A stretch of DNA of 64,000 nucleotides from positions 61,156,233-61,220,232 of the forward strand of contig NC_057718.1 of the NCBI RefSeq assembly GCF_004010195.1. The letters are read 5' to 3'. Each line of letters opens with the position of its first letter. The first letter of the stretch is position 1. A program made the position numbers and the translations under genes. The stretch is from Chiloscyllium plagiosum (lineage: Eukaryota). The notes beneath the pieces are model-generated. The model made no database searches, was not told the origin of the DNA, and saw nothing but the letters and a program-made list of their open reading frames with translations. Positions 1-14,135 of this stretch are shown here, one piece after another.

Positions 1-3000
1 GGGAGGGGGATGATTTATCAGGCACAGAAATTTAGAATAGTGGGAATGGAGGTTAGGGCAAATGCATGTTCCTCCTGCAGAATGTGGGAGATAAGGGTCA
101 CCACTCGTGTCCCTGCTGACTGCATCTGCAGGAAGTGCACCCAAATCCAGCTCCTCGAAAGAGAGACTCATGGATGGTGTGTTGCCTCCCAGGTGCCAGG
201 GTCCGTGATGTCTCAGATCATGTTTTCGGGATCCTTGGGAGGGGGGGGAAGCAGCCCCCTGTTGTGGTTCACATAGACACCAACGACATAGATAGGAAAA
301 GAGAAGGGGATTTAAGGCAGAAATTCAGGGAGCTAAGGTGAAAACTTAGTGCTAGAATAAACAGAGTTGTTATCTCTGGTTTGTTACCCATGCCGTGTGC
401 TAGCAAGGTGAAGAGTAGGAGAGAGAACAGTTGAACACGTGGCTACAGGGATGGTGCAGGAGAGGGGGTTTCAGATACCTGGATAATTGGTTCTTATTCT
501 GGAGGAGTTGGGACCTCTACAAATAGAATGTTCAATACCTGAAGCGAAGGGGTACCAATATCCTAGGGGGATATTTGCCAATGCTGTTCGGAAGGGTTTA
601 AACTAATTTAGCAGGGAGATGGGAACCTAAATTGTAGTTCCAATGTCCAGGAGGTTGAGATTAGTGAGGTCAGAAATGAGGTTTCAAGGTCGCAAGAGTT
701 CACCAGCAAGCAGAAAGTTGGTTTGAAATGTGTCTGCTTTAACGCCAGAAGTATCTGGAATAAGGTGGGTGAACTTGCAGCATGGGTTGGTACCTGGGAT
801 TTTGATATTGTGGCCATTTCAGAAACATGGCTAGAGCAGGAGACCAGGGACAGGAATGGTTGGTGCAGGTTCCAGGATTTAGATGTTTCAGTAAGAACAG
901 GGCAGATGGTAAGGGAGGGGGGTGTGACATTGTTAGTCAAGGACAGTATTACGGTGGCTGAAAGGACGTTTGAGGACTCGTCTACTGAGGTAGTATAGAC
1001 TGAGGTTAGAAACAGGAAAGGAGAGGTCACCCTGTTGGGAGTTTACAATCAGCCTCCGAATAGATCCAGAGATGTAGAGGAAAGGATAGCAAAGATAATT
1101 CTGGATAGGAGCGAGAGTAACAGGGTAATGTTATGGGGGCATTTAACTTTCCAAATATTGACTGGAAATACTGTTGTTTGAATACTTTAGATGGGCCAGT
1201 TTTTGGCCAATTTGTGCAAGAGGGTTTCCTGACACAGTATGTAGACAAGCCAACAAGAGGTGAGGCCACATTGGATTTGGAACTGGGTAATAAACTGGGC
1301 CAGGTGTTAGATTTGGAGTTAGGTGGGCACTTTGGTGATAGTGATCAAAATTCGGTTACGCTTACTTTAGCGATGAAAAGGGATAGATATATACCGCAGG
1401 GCAAGAGTTATAGCTGGGGGAAAGGCAGTTATAATACGATTGGGCAAGATTTAGGATGCATAGGATGGGGAAGGAAATTGCAGGGGATGGGCATAATTGA
1501 AATGTGGACCTTATTCAAGGAACAGCTACTGCATGTCCTTAATAAGTATGCACCTGTCAGGCAGGGAGGAAGTGATCGAGTGAGGGAGCCATGGTTTACT
1601 AAAGAAGTTGAATCTCTTGTCAAGAGGAGGAATAAGGGTTACGTTAGGATAAGATATGAAGCTTCAGTTAAGGCACTTGAGATTTACAAGTTAGCCAGGA
1701 AAGACCTAAAGCGAGAGCTAGGAAGAGCCAAGAGGGGACATGAGAAGTCATTGGCAGAAAGGATCAAGGAAAAGCCTAAAGCTTTCTATAGGTATATCAG
1801 GAATAAAAGAATGACTGGAGAAAGATTAGGGCCAATCAAGTATAGTAGTGGGAAGTTGTGCATGGAGTAAGAGGAGATAGGGGAAGCGCTAAATGATTAT
1901 TTTTCATCAGTATTCACACTAGCAAAAGACAATTTTGTCAAGGAGAGTATTGAAATACAGGCTACTTGACTGGACAGGATTGAGGTTCACAAGGAGGAGG
2001 TGTTAGCAATTCTGGAAAGTGTGAAAATAAGTCCCCTGGGCCGGGTGGGATTTATCCTAGGATTCTCTGGGAAGTCAGGGAGGAGATTGCCAAGACTTTG
2101 GCTTTGATTTTTATGTTGCCATTGTCTACAGGAATAGTGCCAGAAGACTGGAGGATAGCAGATGTTGTTACCTTGTTCAAAAAAGGGAGTAGAGGCAACT
2201 CCGGTAATTATAGACCAGTGAGCCTTACTTTGGTTGTGGGTAAAGTGTTGGAAAAGGCTATAAGAGATAGGATTTATAATCACCTAATGAGGAATAAATT
2301 GATTAGGGATAGTCAACACTGTTTTGTGAAGGGTAGGTCATGCCTCACAAACCTTATTGACTTCTTTGAGAAGGTGACCAAACAGATGGATAAGGTTAAA
2401 GCGGTGTGGTGTTATATGGATTTCAGTAAAGCATTGATAAGGTTCCCCACGATAGGCTATTGCACAAAATATGGAAGCATGGGATTGAGGGTGGTTTAGT
2501 GGTTTGGATCAGAAATTGGCTAGCTGAAAGAAGACAGAGTGTGGTGGTTGATGGGAAATATTCATCCAAGAGTTCAGTTACTAGTGGTGAACCGCAAGTA
2601 TCTGTTTTGGGGCCACTGCTGCTTGTCATTTTTATAAATGACCTGTATGAGGGCATAGAAGGATGGGTTAGTAAATTTGCGGATGACATTAAGGTTGGTA
2701 GAGTTGTGGATAGTGACAAAGGATGTTGTAGGTTACAGGGGGGACTAGATAAACTGCAGAGCAGGGTTGAGAGGTGGCAAATAGAGTTTAATGTGGAAAA
2801 GTGTGACGTGTGATTCATTTTCGAAGGAGTAACAGGAGTACACAGTACTGGGCTAATGATAATATTTTTGGCAGTGTAGATGAGCAGAGCAATCTCAGTA
2901 TCCATGTACATAGATCCCTAAAAGTTGCCACCCATGTTGATAGGGTTGTTAAGAAGGCAAACGGTGTATTAGCTTTTATTGTTACAGGGATTGAGTTTTG

Positions 3001-3577
3001 GAGCCATAAGATCATGCTGCAGCTGTACAAAACTCTGGTGCGTCCGCACTTGGAGTATTGCGTAAGTTCTGGTCACTGCATTACAGGAAGAATGAGGAAG
3101 CTTTGGAAAAGGCACAGAGGAGATTTACTAGCATGTTGCCTGGTATGGAGGGAAACTCTTATGAAGAAAGGCTGACGGACCTGAGGCTGTTTTTGTTAGA
3201 GAGAAGAAGGTTGAGAAGTGACTTAATTGGGATATATAAGATAATCAGAGGGTTAGATAGGGTGGACAGTGAAACCCTTTTTCCTTGGATGGTGATGGCT
3301 AGCACGAGGGGACATAGCTTTAAATTGACGGGTGATAGAGATAGGATAGATATCAAAGATAGTTTCTTTACTCAGAGAGTCGTAGGGACATGGAACACAC
3401 TGCTTGCAATAGTAGTAGACGCGCCAATTTTAAGGACATTTAAATGGTCATTGGATAAACACGGATGAAAATGGAATAGTGTAGGATAGATGGGCTTCAG
3501 ATTGGTTCCACAGGTTGGCACAACATCGAGGGCCAAAGGGCCTGTATGCACTGTAATGTTCTATGTTCTATGTTCTA
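1..3577 (+). mobile_element. CR1-clade LINE, near full-length, decayed (ORF1 zinc finger and esterase; ORF2 APE endonuclease and RT)
   Basis: ORF1: CSSCRMW..CICRKC and VVVHIDTNDI. Endonuclease: CVCFNARSI, DIVAISETWL, GDSDQ. RT: GNYRPVSLT, PQVSVLGPLL, SKFADDIK. 3' tail (GTTCTAT)n ends near 3577. Multiple stops and frameshifts. Confidence 0.95.
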
Positions 3578-3999
3578 CTACAGCACACAAAACATTTGTC
3601 CTTGTCTTATTTCTGTTTTTATGAATGAAGTACACTGGGATTTACTTTAGTGAAAAGCCACGGTCCAGAGTGCTGAATACACTTAATGTTTAAGAAAATA
3701 TATGAAAATATGTATCAAGGAGTTGTGACTAGATGACAGCAAATTTGCATTATAATCAGGTGCGGATTGAAAGCAAGGGTTGAAGAGAAAAAGTATGGTG
3801 ATGAAGAGTATCATGGCTTTACCATCCTTGGAATTCATGCATTCCAAGTATCGTGTACTGGATATTGTTTACAATATATTGAGGGTGTAGAGCAGAGGGT
3901 TATTATTTGAGATTGAACATTTGTTTATTCAGACATCACTAGCCAAGTATGTTAAATTAAACAGGAAGTGAATGTAATAGACTTTGATCATCTTGATTT

Positions 4000-5216
4000 G
4001 GTCTAGTGGAGTCATGCCTGCCACGTGGGAAGACAGCTGTGGTTGTTGAAGGTCAGTCATCTTAGCTTCAGGACATCTCTGCATGAGTTCCTCAGTGTAG
4101 TGTCCTAGGTCCAATCATCTTCAGTTGCTTCATCAATGACCTTCCCTCTATCATGAGGTCAGAAGTGAGTATGTTCACTAATGATTGCACAATATTCAGC
4201 ACCTCACAATATTCCTCAGATACTGATGCAGTCTATGTTCAAATGCAACAAGATCTGGACATATCCAAGTTTGGGCTGACAAATGGCAAGTAACATTTAG
4301 GCCATACAAATGACAGATAATGACCATCACCAATAAGAGACAACCTAGCCACTGCCCCTTGACATTCAACACTGAATCCCCCGCTATCAATATCTTTGGG
4401 ATGACCATTGACAAGAAAGTCAACTGAACTCACCATATAAAAACAGCAGCTACATGAGCAGGTCAGCGACTAGAAATACTGTGGTGAGTAACTCACCTCC
4501 TGACTTCCCAAAACCTGTCCACCATCTACAAGTCACAAGTCAGATGTATAATGGTATACTTCTGACTTGCCTGGATAAATGCAGCTCCAATAACAATCAA
4601 GAAACCTGACACCATCTAGGACAAAGCAGTCCATTTGATTGGCACCTCATCCACAAGTATCCACTCCCGACACTCAGTATCAGCAGTGTGTACTATCTAT
4701 AAGATGCACTGGAAGACTTCACCAAAGATCCTCAGTCAGCACCTTTCAAATCGACAACTACTTCCATCTAGAAAGGCAAAGACAGCAGAAACATGGGAAC
4801 ATGACCGCCTACAAGCTTCCCTTCAAACCATGACTTGGAAATATATTACTGTTCCTTCACTGTTGCTGGGTCAGAATCCTGGAATTCCTTCCCTAATGGC
4901 ACTGTAGGCCTACCTACACCACAAGGATTGCAGTAGCTCAAGAAGGCAGCTCACCACCAACTTCTCAGCGATATGCAATAAATGCTGGCCCAGCCAGTGA
5001 TGCTGCATCCAAGGAGCAGGAGAATCGACGTTTCGGACATGAGCCCTTCTTCAGGAAGGGCTTATACCCGAAACATCGATTCTCCTGCTCCATGGATGCT
5101 GCCTGACCTGCTGCGCTTTTCCAGCAACACATTTTCAGCTCTGATCTCCAGCATCTGCAGACCTCACTTTCTCCTTCCAGCCAGTGATGCCCCATTCAAT
5201 GAGAGAACAAAGAAAA
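4000..5216 (+). mobile_element. 3' part of a second LINE family (CR1/L2 group), decayed
   Basis: From 4081 translates A*VPQCSVLGPIIFSCFINDLPSIMRSEVSMFTNDC (RT motifs). 3' end GCAATAAATGCTGGCCCAGCCAGTGATGCCC followed by an A-rich tail, interrupted by the insertion at 5004-5176. Confidence 0.85.
5004..5176. mobile_element. Fold-back mini PLE derivative (family A) with hammerhead-like motif
   Basis: Inverted arms, terminus CCTCACTTTCTCC. 14-bp TSD CCAGCCAGTGATGC at 4990-5003 and 5177-5190. Minus strand reads CTGAAGAAGGGCTCATGTCCGAAACGTC. Confidence 0.85.
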
Positions 5217-6014
5217 GATAGAAAGTGGTTGACTTGTCTTCAACAATAGCCCAAAAGGGCCAATAATGAATCGGTAGCACATGTTATAACCAGACTGATT
5301 TTCTCACATTTATTGAGTTGTAAAGTTTTGGAAGAAGTTATTAAAATAAAGTAATGATTTGTGAAGTGTGTCTCTGGCTGACAAACCATTGACATGTGTC
5401 TGTCTTTATTAAAGAACCTCTTTTGATGAATCCATTAATCTGTGCCCTGAATGATCTCTCATACTTCACGCTTTAAATTGGGGAGCTCACAATGTGACCT
5501 GTGAGAGTGTTGGAATTCTTTTCAAAATTACACCATACAAATATGTTTTCTACCATTTAAATGACCTTGTCAGTAATTCTAAAGTTAAATGAAAGATGGA
5601 GAAAAAAATAAATGTTGCATTAAAAGCCTTTGAATTTTTGCTTGCTGACAAAGGTCAATATTTAACTTCTTTGATATGGAATGTTATGTGCGTCTTTAAT
5701 GTTTTGAATGTCTTCACTATGATGGTGAGGAAACACTTGTTAACAATTGACCATTTACTATATAAAAAACCTTTGAGAATCTGAAACACCTCAAACCCTG
5801 GAATTTTCTTCAGGCAGGAGGTAATTATCAGACAACCATCTTACAACAAAAATAATTATCAGCAACACAATTGCTTGGCTAATCTTACTGAAGTAACACT
5901 ATTCTCAATTATTTTCCAGTAAATTACGTTCTCGAACATCTTGGTGGGTTGCATTTGTAAATGGAAGCACATCTCAGGGAATCATTTGCATATTCCTTGC
6001 AATGTTGCATTCAT

Positions 6015-7765
6015 ACAGTAATAAAGTTGTACAGCATGGAAACAGACCCTTTGGTCCAATTCATCCATGCTGACCAGACATCCTAAATTAATCAAATCCC
6101 ATTGGCCCATATCCTTTAATCCCTTCCTATGCATATACCCATCCAGATATGTTTTAAATATTGTATTGTACCATCCCCACAACTTCCTCTGGCAGGTCAT
6201 TCCATAAAGAAATTGTCCCTTAGGTCCCTTTTATATCTTTGCCCTCTCACCATGAACATATGCTCTCTCATTATGGACTCCCCCACTCCAGGGAAAAGAC
6301 CTTGTCTATATTCCCAATCCATGCCTGTCATGATTTTATAAACCTCTATAAGGTCACACCTCAGCCTTTGATGCTGCAGGGAAAACAGACCCAGCCTATT
6401 CAGCCTCTGTCTAAAGCTCACACCCTCTAACCCTAGCAACATCCTTGTAAATCTTTTCTGAACCCTTTCAAGTTTCACAGCATTATTCCGATAGGAGGGA
6501 GACCAGAATTGCACACAATATTCCTAAAGTGGCCTAACCAATGTCCTGTACAGCCACAACATGACTTCCCAACACGTGTACTCAATACTCTGACCAATAA
6601 AGGAAAGCATACCAAATGTGACCTTCACTATCCTATCTACCTGTGACTCCACCTTCAAGGAAATATGAACCTGCACTCCAAGGTCTCTTTGTTCGGCAAC
6701 ACTCCCCAAGACCTTACCATTAAGTGTATAAGTCCTGCCCTGATTTGCTATTCCAAACTGCAGCACCTCATACTTATCTAAGTTAAACTCCATCTGCCAC
6801 TCCTCAGCCCACTGGCCCATCTGATCAAGAAACTGTTGTACTCTGAAGTAACCTTTTTCGTTGTCCTCCATTTTGGTGTCATCTGCAAACTTACTAACTA
6901 TACCTTCTATGTTCACATTCAAATCATTAATATAAATGATGAAAAGCAGTGGACCCAGCATCGATCCTTGTGGCGCACTGCTAGTCACAGGCCTCCAATC
7001 TGAAAAGCAACCCTCCACCACTACCATCAGCCTTCAACCTTCAAGCCAGTTCTATGTCTAAATGGCTAGTTCTACCTGTATTCCATGTGATCTAATCTTG
7101 CTAACCGGTCTCCCATGAGGAACCTTGTTGAATGCCTTACTGAAATTCATATAGATCACGACCACTGCTCTGCCCTCATCAGTCCTCTTGTTTACTTCTT
7201 CAAAAACTCAATCAAGCTTGTGGGGCATGATTTCCCATGCACAAAGCCACGCTGACTATCCCTAGTCAGTCCTTGCCTTTCCAAATACATGTAAATCCTA
7301 TCCCTCAGGATTAGCTCCAACAACTTGTCCACAATTCCTTGGATTTTCCTTCCCACCTTACTTAAATAATGGCACCACATTAGTTAAGCTCCAGTTTTCC
7401 AGCACCTCACCTATGCCTATCGATGACACAAATATCCCAGCAAGGGGCCCAGCAATCACTTCCCAGCTTCTCACAGAATTCTAGGGTACACCTGATCAGA
7501 TCCTGGGGATTTATACACCATTATGCCCTCCTCCTCTGTATTATGGACATTTTTCAAGATGTCACCATCTATTTCCCCACTTTCTATATCTTCCATTTCC
7601 TTCTCCATGGGAAACACTAATCCAAAATACTCATTTGGTAGCTCCCCCATCTCATGCAGTTCCACACATAGGCTGCCTTGCTGATCTTTGATGGGCCCTG
7701 TTCTCTCCCTAGTTACCTTTTGTCTTTAGTGTATTTGTAAAAACCCTTTTGTGTCCTCCTTAACC
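6015..7765 (-). mobile_element. CR1-clade LINE, 5'-truncated
   Basis: ORFs 6524-7027 (APQGSMLGPLLF, SKFADDTK), 6197-6514 (ERVQKRFTRML) and 7471-7665 (KSPGSDQVYPRIL); CR1 3' UTR near 6015-6130. Confidence 0.93.
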
Positions 7766-7767
7766 CA

Positions 7768-7886
7768 AGGAGAAAGTGAGGACTGCAGCTGCTGGAGATC
7801 AGAGTCGAAGAGTGCGTCACTAGAAAAGCACAACAAGTCAGGCAGCATCCAAGGAGCAGGAGAATCAATGCTTCGGGCAAGGGCCC
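7768..7886 (-). mobile_element. Single arm of the family A PLE terminal repeat
   Basis: GGAGAAAGTGAGGACTGCAGCTGCTGGAGATCAG...GGCAGCATCCAAGGAGCAGGAGAATC; stops inside the hammerhead helix II region (TTCGGGCAAGGGCCCT). Confidence 0.8.
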
Positions 7887-8977
7887 TGCTGTGCTTCTAT
7901 TATTGGGAAATGAGCTTGTGAGTACCCAGGTTCAGTGCTGAGAACTCCAAGCTCACTTTAGGTACAAACTAAAACATCCTCAGCTCATTCAAATTAAAAC
8001 CTGTTTTGTCCTTGGGTACTTCATCGCTGAAGCTTGTTCAAGGTACTCACAAGCATTTCACAATTAATTAGCAATCAAAGTAGGAAAAGAGATAGCTAAA
8101 ATGGTTATGGCTGATAATAGTCTAGAATATACAGATGTATTCCAACCACTCCAGTCCTCAACAGCGCAGAAAACAGGAATGGTCAGACAGCAGCAGCAGG
8201 ATCGGTGCTGGGATAACCCCATCCCTGTCGATTTCAAGTCCAAAAAATATCACAGATCCTAAACAGTTCATTCCACCAGTGAGGAAAAATCAAGGGGGAG
8301 CGCAAGGTTTTAATCTGGATCGCATAAATCATGCACATTTTCTAATGGAAGTACAAGAATAAAATTAATCAAAATGCAAAGGCTCAGCACCTTGAAGGGA
8401 AAAAATAATAAAGCTGAACTGTTTACGGAGAGTTACATTGATGGTAGATAATGTGTCAACAGATGACAGGATTGGAATCTTCAGGAGCTTATTTGCAGTT
8501 AAAAGCAATCTAGGTGAACATACATTTGGTCACCACACGTAGCATGGATTGTTTACAAAGTAGATGTGAGAAATTTAGATGCTCTTTCACTTCAAGAGAT
8601 GTGCGGCACAAGCAACCTGCAAATAATTCAGCAACAAGATTACTTGGCTATTCATGCCTCTGTGGGCTACTTTCTTGCCACAATTAATCCCCCTCCTCTG
8701 CTTAGTGCACCACAATTAGACCACATTGGAAGTCAGATCTATGCAGTGGGCAGCAGAGTATAATTGTCCTAGAGACTTTGACCATGTTACATTGTGGAAT
8801 GCTCCTTGATTCTTCAAGCTACCTGAAATGCTGCTTCAAGATGTTGTCAAAGATTCTTTTTGAGCTAAAGTTCAAGAGCCTGTCTTTGATCTCCTAGAAA
8901 CTAACATTCCGTTGTTGCTATGCATAAAAAAAATGGATGCAGGGTAAATTTGCCTTAAAGTAAAGCATTCTGACGAC

Positions 8978-9185
8978 TGTGATGTAACTCTTTAGCGGCT
9001 GGCATTCCATCACCATTCACCCTTTGTTTACAAATGCATCACTTTTGACAATAGCACTGCCTCTCACTGAATCAGGCATTCAGTATCAATATCCCTAACA
9101 TTCACCCTTTTAATTCAGCCAGGGCTCCCTGACTGGACCAGATTAACACCCTAATCAAGGAATTCACATCCTTACAATCACTACA
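8978..9185 (-). mobile_element. Possible solo LTR
   Basis: TG...CA termini, degenerate poly(A) signal on minus strand (GTAAACAAAGGGTG), resemblance from memory to shark LTRs. No TSD found. Confidence 0.4.
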
Positions 9186-10702
9186 TGCCGCCTTACAAAA
9201 GGACATTAGCCCGTAAGATCATGTGCTGATAGCCATAGATGATTTATATGTTTTGCAGTATGCAGCAGTCCTGATAATTCCAAAAGTGGAGCTATTGGGG
9301 TAAGTTTTACTGGCACGTGGATTCAGGATTGGACAAAGTGGACAGCAAAATTGGGGGAATTATCTCAGAATTGAACCTCATATGCTCCATGCTTAGCCAA
9401 TGTTTCTGTCGATGTAGTAAAGGGTGAAGGCTGAAGGTGGTTTCAAACATGTCCCAAATGTTGTGCCTGTAAGTATGCTTAACCCCTTCAGTCCTGAACC
9501 CTGAATTCTGGAGACACAGTTGTCGATAATTTTGAAAGTATGCCTTCATGACTCATAAATGTGCCACTGGTGCTGTAATAACTTGTAAAATATTGACTGT
9601 GACGGTCTTTGCAGTTATTCTAATGGTGCTGTTACCACTGAAGATAAGAGTAACAACCTTTGTTTATTTCAGTGGGAACACTGCAAGAGCAGAGACAAAC
9701 ACAATGAATGACAAAGGAATAAAAGTTGGCTAATAAGGCAAGAATTGAAATTAAAGCTTGAAGTATTTCATGCTACTAGTATATTGCCATTCTTTTTGGG
9801 AAAGGAAATGATCCACAGTTTTGAAAATTAAACATCCAGTAAATAATCATTCCCCTACCTTCTATAGCTTGAGCCTGTTAGTTGTGTTAATTCTGGTCCA
9901 ATTCGAAACACATTTTCCCCTCAAAATCATCTATAATAATTTAACTACAGTACTTTGGAAGCATCAAGAATGCAGTATATAGATAAACAAACATATTTTA
10001 TTAATGTTTTCTCATGTTTTGGCAGGTGGTAATATTTCAGAGACATATTTATATCTGGTTCTCATACATATGTTCAGGTGTCCTGATGTTACTCCATAAT
10101 TCAGAAAATTCCAAAATCCAGAAATCTCTTGTTCGCAAATCCTGGATTTGAGAGGTTCACGTGTTGTAATTACAGTCAGCTTTCCAATGAAATAACAGGC
10201 AATAAAAATTGTGTTGGATTTATGAGAATATTTGTACCATCATTGTAAAATATATTATGTGCATTTGCTTTAAAACAAAAATATTCTTGCCATTATCAGC
10301 AGTAGCATGAGCAGCAATCCCTGGTGTTGTGGAAGATTTCTCCTTGTGGGTGGCTGTATAGATGTGAGACATCAATGTTGGCTGTGGGCTCACAGATGGC
10401 ATATGAGGCTAATCTTGGCTTTGCATTAAAAACTTTTAAATGAGGACCAAAAGGGGACTTTAAACAACAGCTAATTTCTAAAAACAATTGCCCCAGTTAC
10501 ACAAAATGCTTAGCTCAACATCAGTCCAGGTGGGCAAAGGCACAGTGTGCTCTCACTCTGAGTGGATGATAATTTGCATTAAAATGAGTTGAAACTGAAA
10601 TTGGAATGTTGGGAAGATGACGAGACCTTTGCCACCAGTTGGAAAGATGGTGAGGACCTCATGTCGCTGGCTATTGGGAAGGTGCATTATATCTTGTTAG
10701 AC

Positions 10703-11242
10703 AGTTAGAGAGTCAAGAAGTCATACAGCATTGAAAAAGACCCTTCAGCCTAACCAATCCATGCCAACCATAATCGTAAACTAAACTACCCCCACCTGTC
10801 TGTACTTGGCCCATATCCCTCCAAACATTTCTTATTCATGTAATTATCCAAATGTCTTTTAAACCCACATCCACCATTTCCACCGGAGATTCATTCCACA
10901 CACATACTATTCTCTGTGTAAAAAAATTGCCCCCATGTCTTTTTTAAATCTTTCCCTTCTCACCTTAAAAAACACCCCCAGGTCTTGAAGTTCCCCATCT
11001 TAGGGAAAAAAGGCACCTGCCATTCACCTCATCTATACCCCTCATGATTTCTATAAAGTCACAACTCAACCTTCGCGTTAAAAAAGTCCAGCCAATCCAA
11101 ACTCTCCCCATAGCTTAAACCCTCCATTCCTGGCAAGATCCTGGTAAATATCTTCTGAATCCTCTCCAGCCTAATCACATCCTTCCTTTAACAGGGCGAC
11201 CAGAACCGGACACAGCACTCCAGAAGAGGCCTCACCAACATC
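10703..11242 (-). mobile_element. CR1 3' fragment
   Basis: LVRPLLECCVRFWSPC (ORF 11188-11385) and a CR1 3' UTR similar to the other copies. Confidence 0.88.
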
Positions 11243-12029
11243 AAATGCTTTACAGGCCAGCAGTGGACCATCCCTGGATCAAATACCATGGGTGCAGAGA
11301 TCCTGGCTGACACGAGCTGCCAGCCTATCAGAATTTGGCAGGTCTTTTGAACTGCAGAACAATGTGGAGACCCTAACTGCTGCAAGTAGAATGTTCATCT
11401 GAGGTCAAGGATCCTACCTGGATCCCAGACCAGAGATGAGTGATGACAGGGAAAGGTCATGAATGGGGTTCACAAGGGGAATGACAGGGATGAACTTGGT
11501 CTCAGTACACTCTCTTCGAAATGTTGGATCCTCATTCAGTTCAGTGCTTTCATATGAGTGACATGAATGCACAAATAAACCCACACTAGTTTAATTGTTG
11601 TGCTCCCCAGAAGGAGAGTCCCTTGCCTACTGATGAGTTAACAATGAGTCACTAAACCTGACCCAAGGTAGGGCATAAGAATCCTCCTGCTAGTTAAATG
11701 AAATTAATGAGAACAAATGATGAGTCTTGTCTAATAGGCTGGCGAGAAGGCCAAGGTGGGGCATAACTTATAATTTCCATCTTTAATGTCAATGGATGAA
11801 GAATTTCTGCTGACTTACCTACAAATTTTCACTAAGCCACAGCTACAAGTGAGACCTCTGAAAGTTCTGATGTGCAGGTTATGTGGTCATCAGCATTTTG
11901 GGGGTGCCTTCTTTATAATGTATGAAGGAAATTATGCTGCAGTTGCATATAGATCAGCTGAGATCACATCTGGTGTTCTGTTCAGTTCTTTTCGGGAGAG
12001 AGTTCAATATGGATTCAATATAGAATTCA

Positions 12030-12268
12030 ATGAGGGTTAACACAATTAAATTATAAGGACAGGTTATAAGGACAGAAGCTTATATTTCCTTGTGTATTGA
12101 AGATTGATTAGTTTTTGGCAGATTTCTAATATAAACTTTGCCGCATTGATAGATTTTTGTTAGGTACGGGACATAGAATCAAAGCATGGAACTAAGTGGC
12201 AGATCAGCAGGAAACCAGAATGGAGTCGAGGGGTGGAAAGGCCTTCTCTTGTTCCCATGTCCTTATGT
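12030..12268 (+). mobile_element. Old CR1 3' end remnant
   Basis: Degenerate 3' terminus GGGGTGGAAAGGCCTTCTCTTGTTCCCATGTCCTTATG resembling the CR1 3' stem-loop and tail. Confidence 0.5.
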
Positions 12269-12901
12269 AACAGCTTTTATAATGCATGTTGGTGACGTCA
12301 TCTCCCAAAGCATAGATTTTATCCTGCCAGCTGCAATCCAAACGTAAAATTGTCAATAGTTCCTGAGGCTCAGAGCTGGAGAAAGACCCAGTTGTAGGGA
12401 TCTTGCTTTGGTGACTGTGCTGTGGAAACATATCGCAAGGTTGTATTTTGCAAAAGATAAAAACCAATTGTTTGAAGCTTCATCATGGTGAAGAACAATC
12501 AAATATGCAGAACATGTGCAGGAGCATATACTACATTGTTCAAGGACAGCTCATTCTTCTGCCTGAAATCAAAGTGGTTCACCCGTCTCAGGGATGCTCA
12601 CAGAGCCGAGTCCAATCCAAAAATAGCCCTCCCATTTCCATTGGATCTTAGTAAAGCCTGGCAAGTTTTCTTTCCTGTTGCAGTCAGCTGTTTGAGATCT
12701 AAGCACTGGAAACAGTTGTCATAGTGAATAGTCATTCTGCAGGCTCCAGATCTTGCTTATCACTTCAAGTCCAAAAATAAACTTTCTGGGTGATAAATCG
12801 TTTCGCTCTCTAAACGCACGCATGTTGAGTGGAATGTTAATTCTAATTATTTTTTGTAAGCAATCTGGGTTCCCCATTAGCAGGGGATTCAATCAGCAGA
12901 G

Positions 12902-13080
12902 CTTAAAGCTAATCCGAATACCTAAAGTTACTTGACACACCTTAAAGATATTCGGCATGTCTTAAAGCTATCCTGTACATCTTAAAGATAGCTTGCACAT
13001 CTTAAAATAACCTCCACATCCTAAAATTAGCCTGCACACATGCAATTTACCCTAGACACCTGGATGCCTTAAAGCTAACA
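12902..13080 (+). repeat. Degenerate 19-20 bp tandem array, consensus about CTTAAAGCTAGCCTGCACAT
   Basis: About 7 adjacent units starting CTTAAAG or CCTAAA over 12902-13040, plus a further unit near 13068. Confidence 0.8.
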
Positions 13081-13240
13081 TCTCATAATTTAACGATAGT
13101 ATGTAACTTTAAAAGCCAGCATTTCTTCAAAACAGAGGTGATAAGTTTGAAGGTTGCTGCTGTGACTGTAGCAGGTGCTGGAAGTCATGCTCCAACTGAA
13201 TCTGACCCAGTGATTGAGAGTAATAGGTGACCAAGGGACA

Positions 13241-13460
13241 CAACAGGCTCCCAGGTTTTCAGATGTTGCATTGGAGGTCTTGGAGAAGGATATAGTAAGG
13301 AGAAATGTCCTGTACCCTCAGGGGAACAGCGGGACTTTCAGAATCATGATGAGAAGGCAATAGGAGTAGAGAATCATGGAAACATTGCCAGGCAGATAGC
13401 ACCATGGATCTAAATGCAGTGCCGGAAAGATGGAAATGATCTTTCATAAATTGTTAAAGT
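13241..13460 (+). mobile_element. Harbinger-type Myb/SANT-like gene remnant
   Basis: Translates QQAPRFSDVALEVLEKDIVRRNVLYPQG...MQCRKDGNDL with stops; matches the Myb/SANT-like pattern of the Harbinger accessory protein. Confidence 0.75.
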
Positions 13461-13861
13461 CAACAAGTGCATCCTCAAGCATTAGATCCTAAGACTATAC
13501 TACGAGCCTCAACTGCTGCCCAAATCACAACACCACATTATTCACAGACCAGCAATTTCAATATATTGAGATTTATGTTTTACAGTCACATGTTCCATCT
13601 CACACTCACAAATCTGTCACTGCTGGAAGCCAAAAACCCTAATCTCATACCCTGCAAACACAGGGAGCTTTCAACAATGACAGCCATGTCACTTGAGCAT
13701 ATTGTACAATACTAATGGTATTCCTTCCACTTTCTAGCAGGGAAAGTAGCATACAATGGTCATTAACTAAAGAGAAACAGTTAAAATTAGCCTGAGCCTC
13801 AATCATGCAATGAGTGCACCAGTTCGACTGTTTTAATTACTAGGCACAAACGAAGTCAGGG

Positions 13862-14116
13862 GGAAGCAATAGCCGAGTAGAATTATCACTGGACTGTTAA
13901 TTGGGAGGCCCAAGTAATGTTCTAGAGACCCAGGTTCGAATCCCACAACAGTAGATCCATTGTCAATGTTTAGAGAAGGAAACTGCTATCCTTACCTTGT
14001 CTAACCTACATGTGCCTCCACACCCACAGCAACGTAGTTAACTCTGGACAGTTGGGGATGGGCACTAAATGCCAGCCCAGCTAATGATGCCCTCATCCTA
14101 TGAGTGAATAAAAAAG
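13862..14116 (+). mobile_element. tRNA-derived SINE (non-HE1), internally deleted
   Basis: B box GGTTCGAATCCC; body homologous to 39144-39487; 3' end GGGCACTAAATGCCAGCCCAGCTAATGATGCCCTCATCCTATGAGTGAATAAAAAA. Confidence 0.8.
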
Positions 14117-14135
14117 AAATAACCAAGGGTCAACT

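Noticed and set aside
12902..13080. CRISPR-like array
   Set aside because: Units are adjacent and degenerate with no spacers; vertebrate context and no cas genes.
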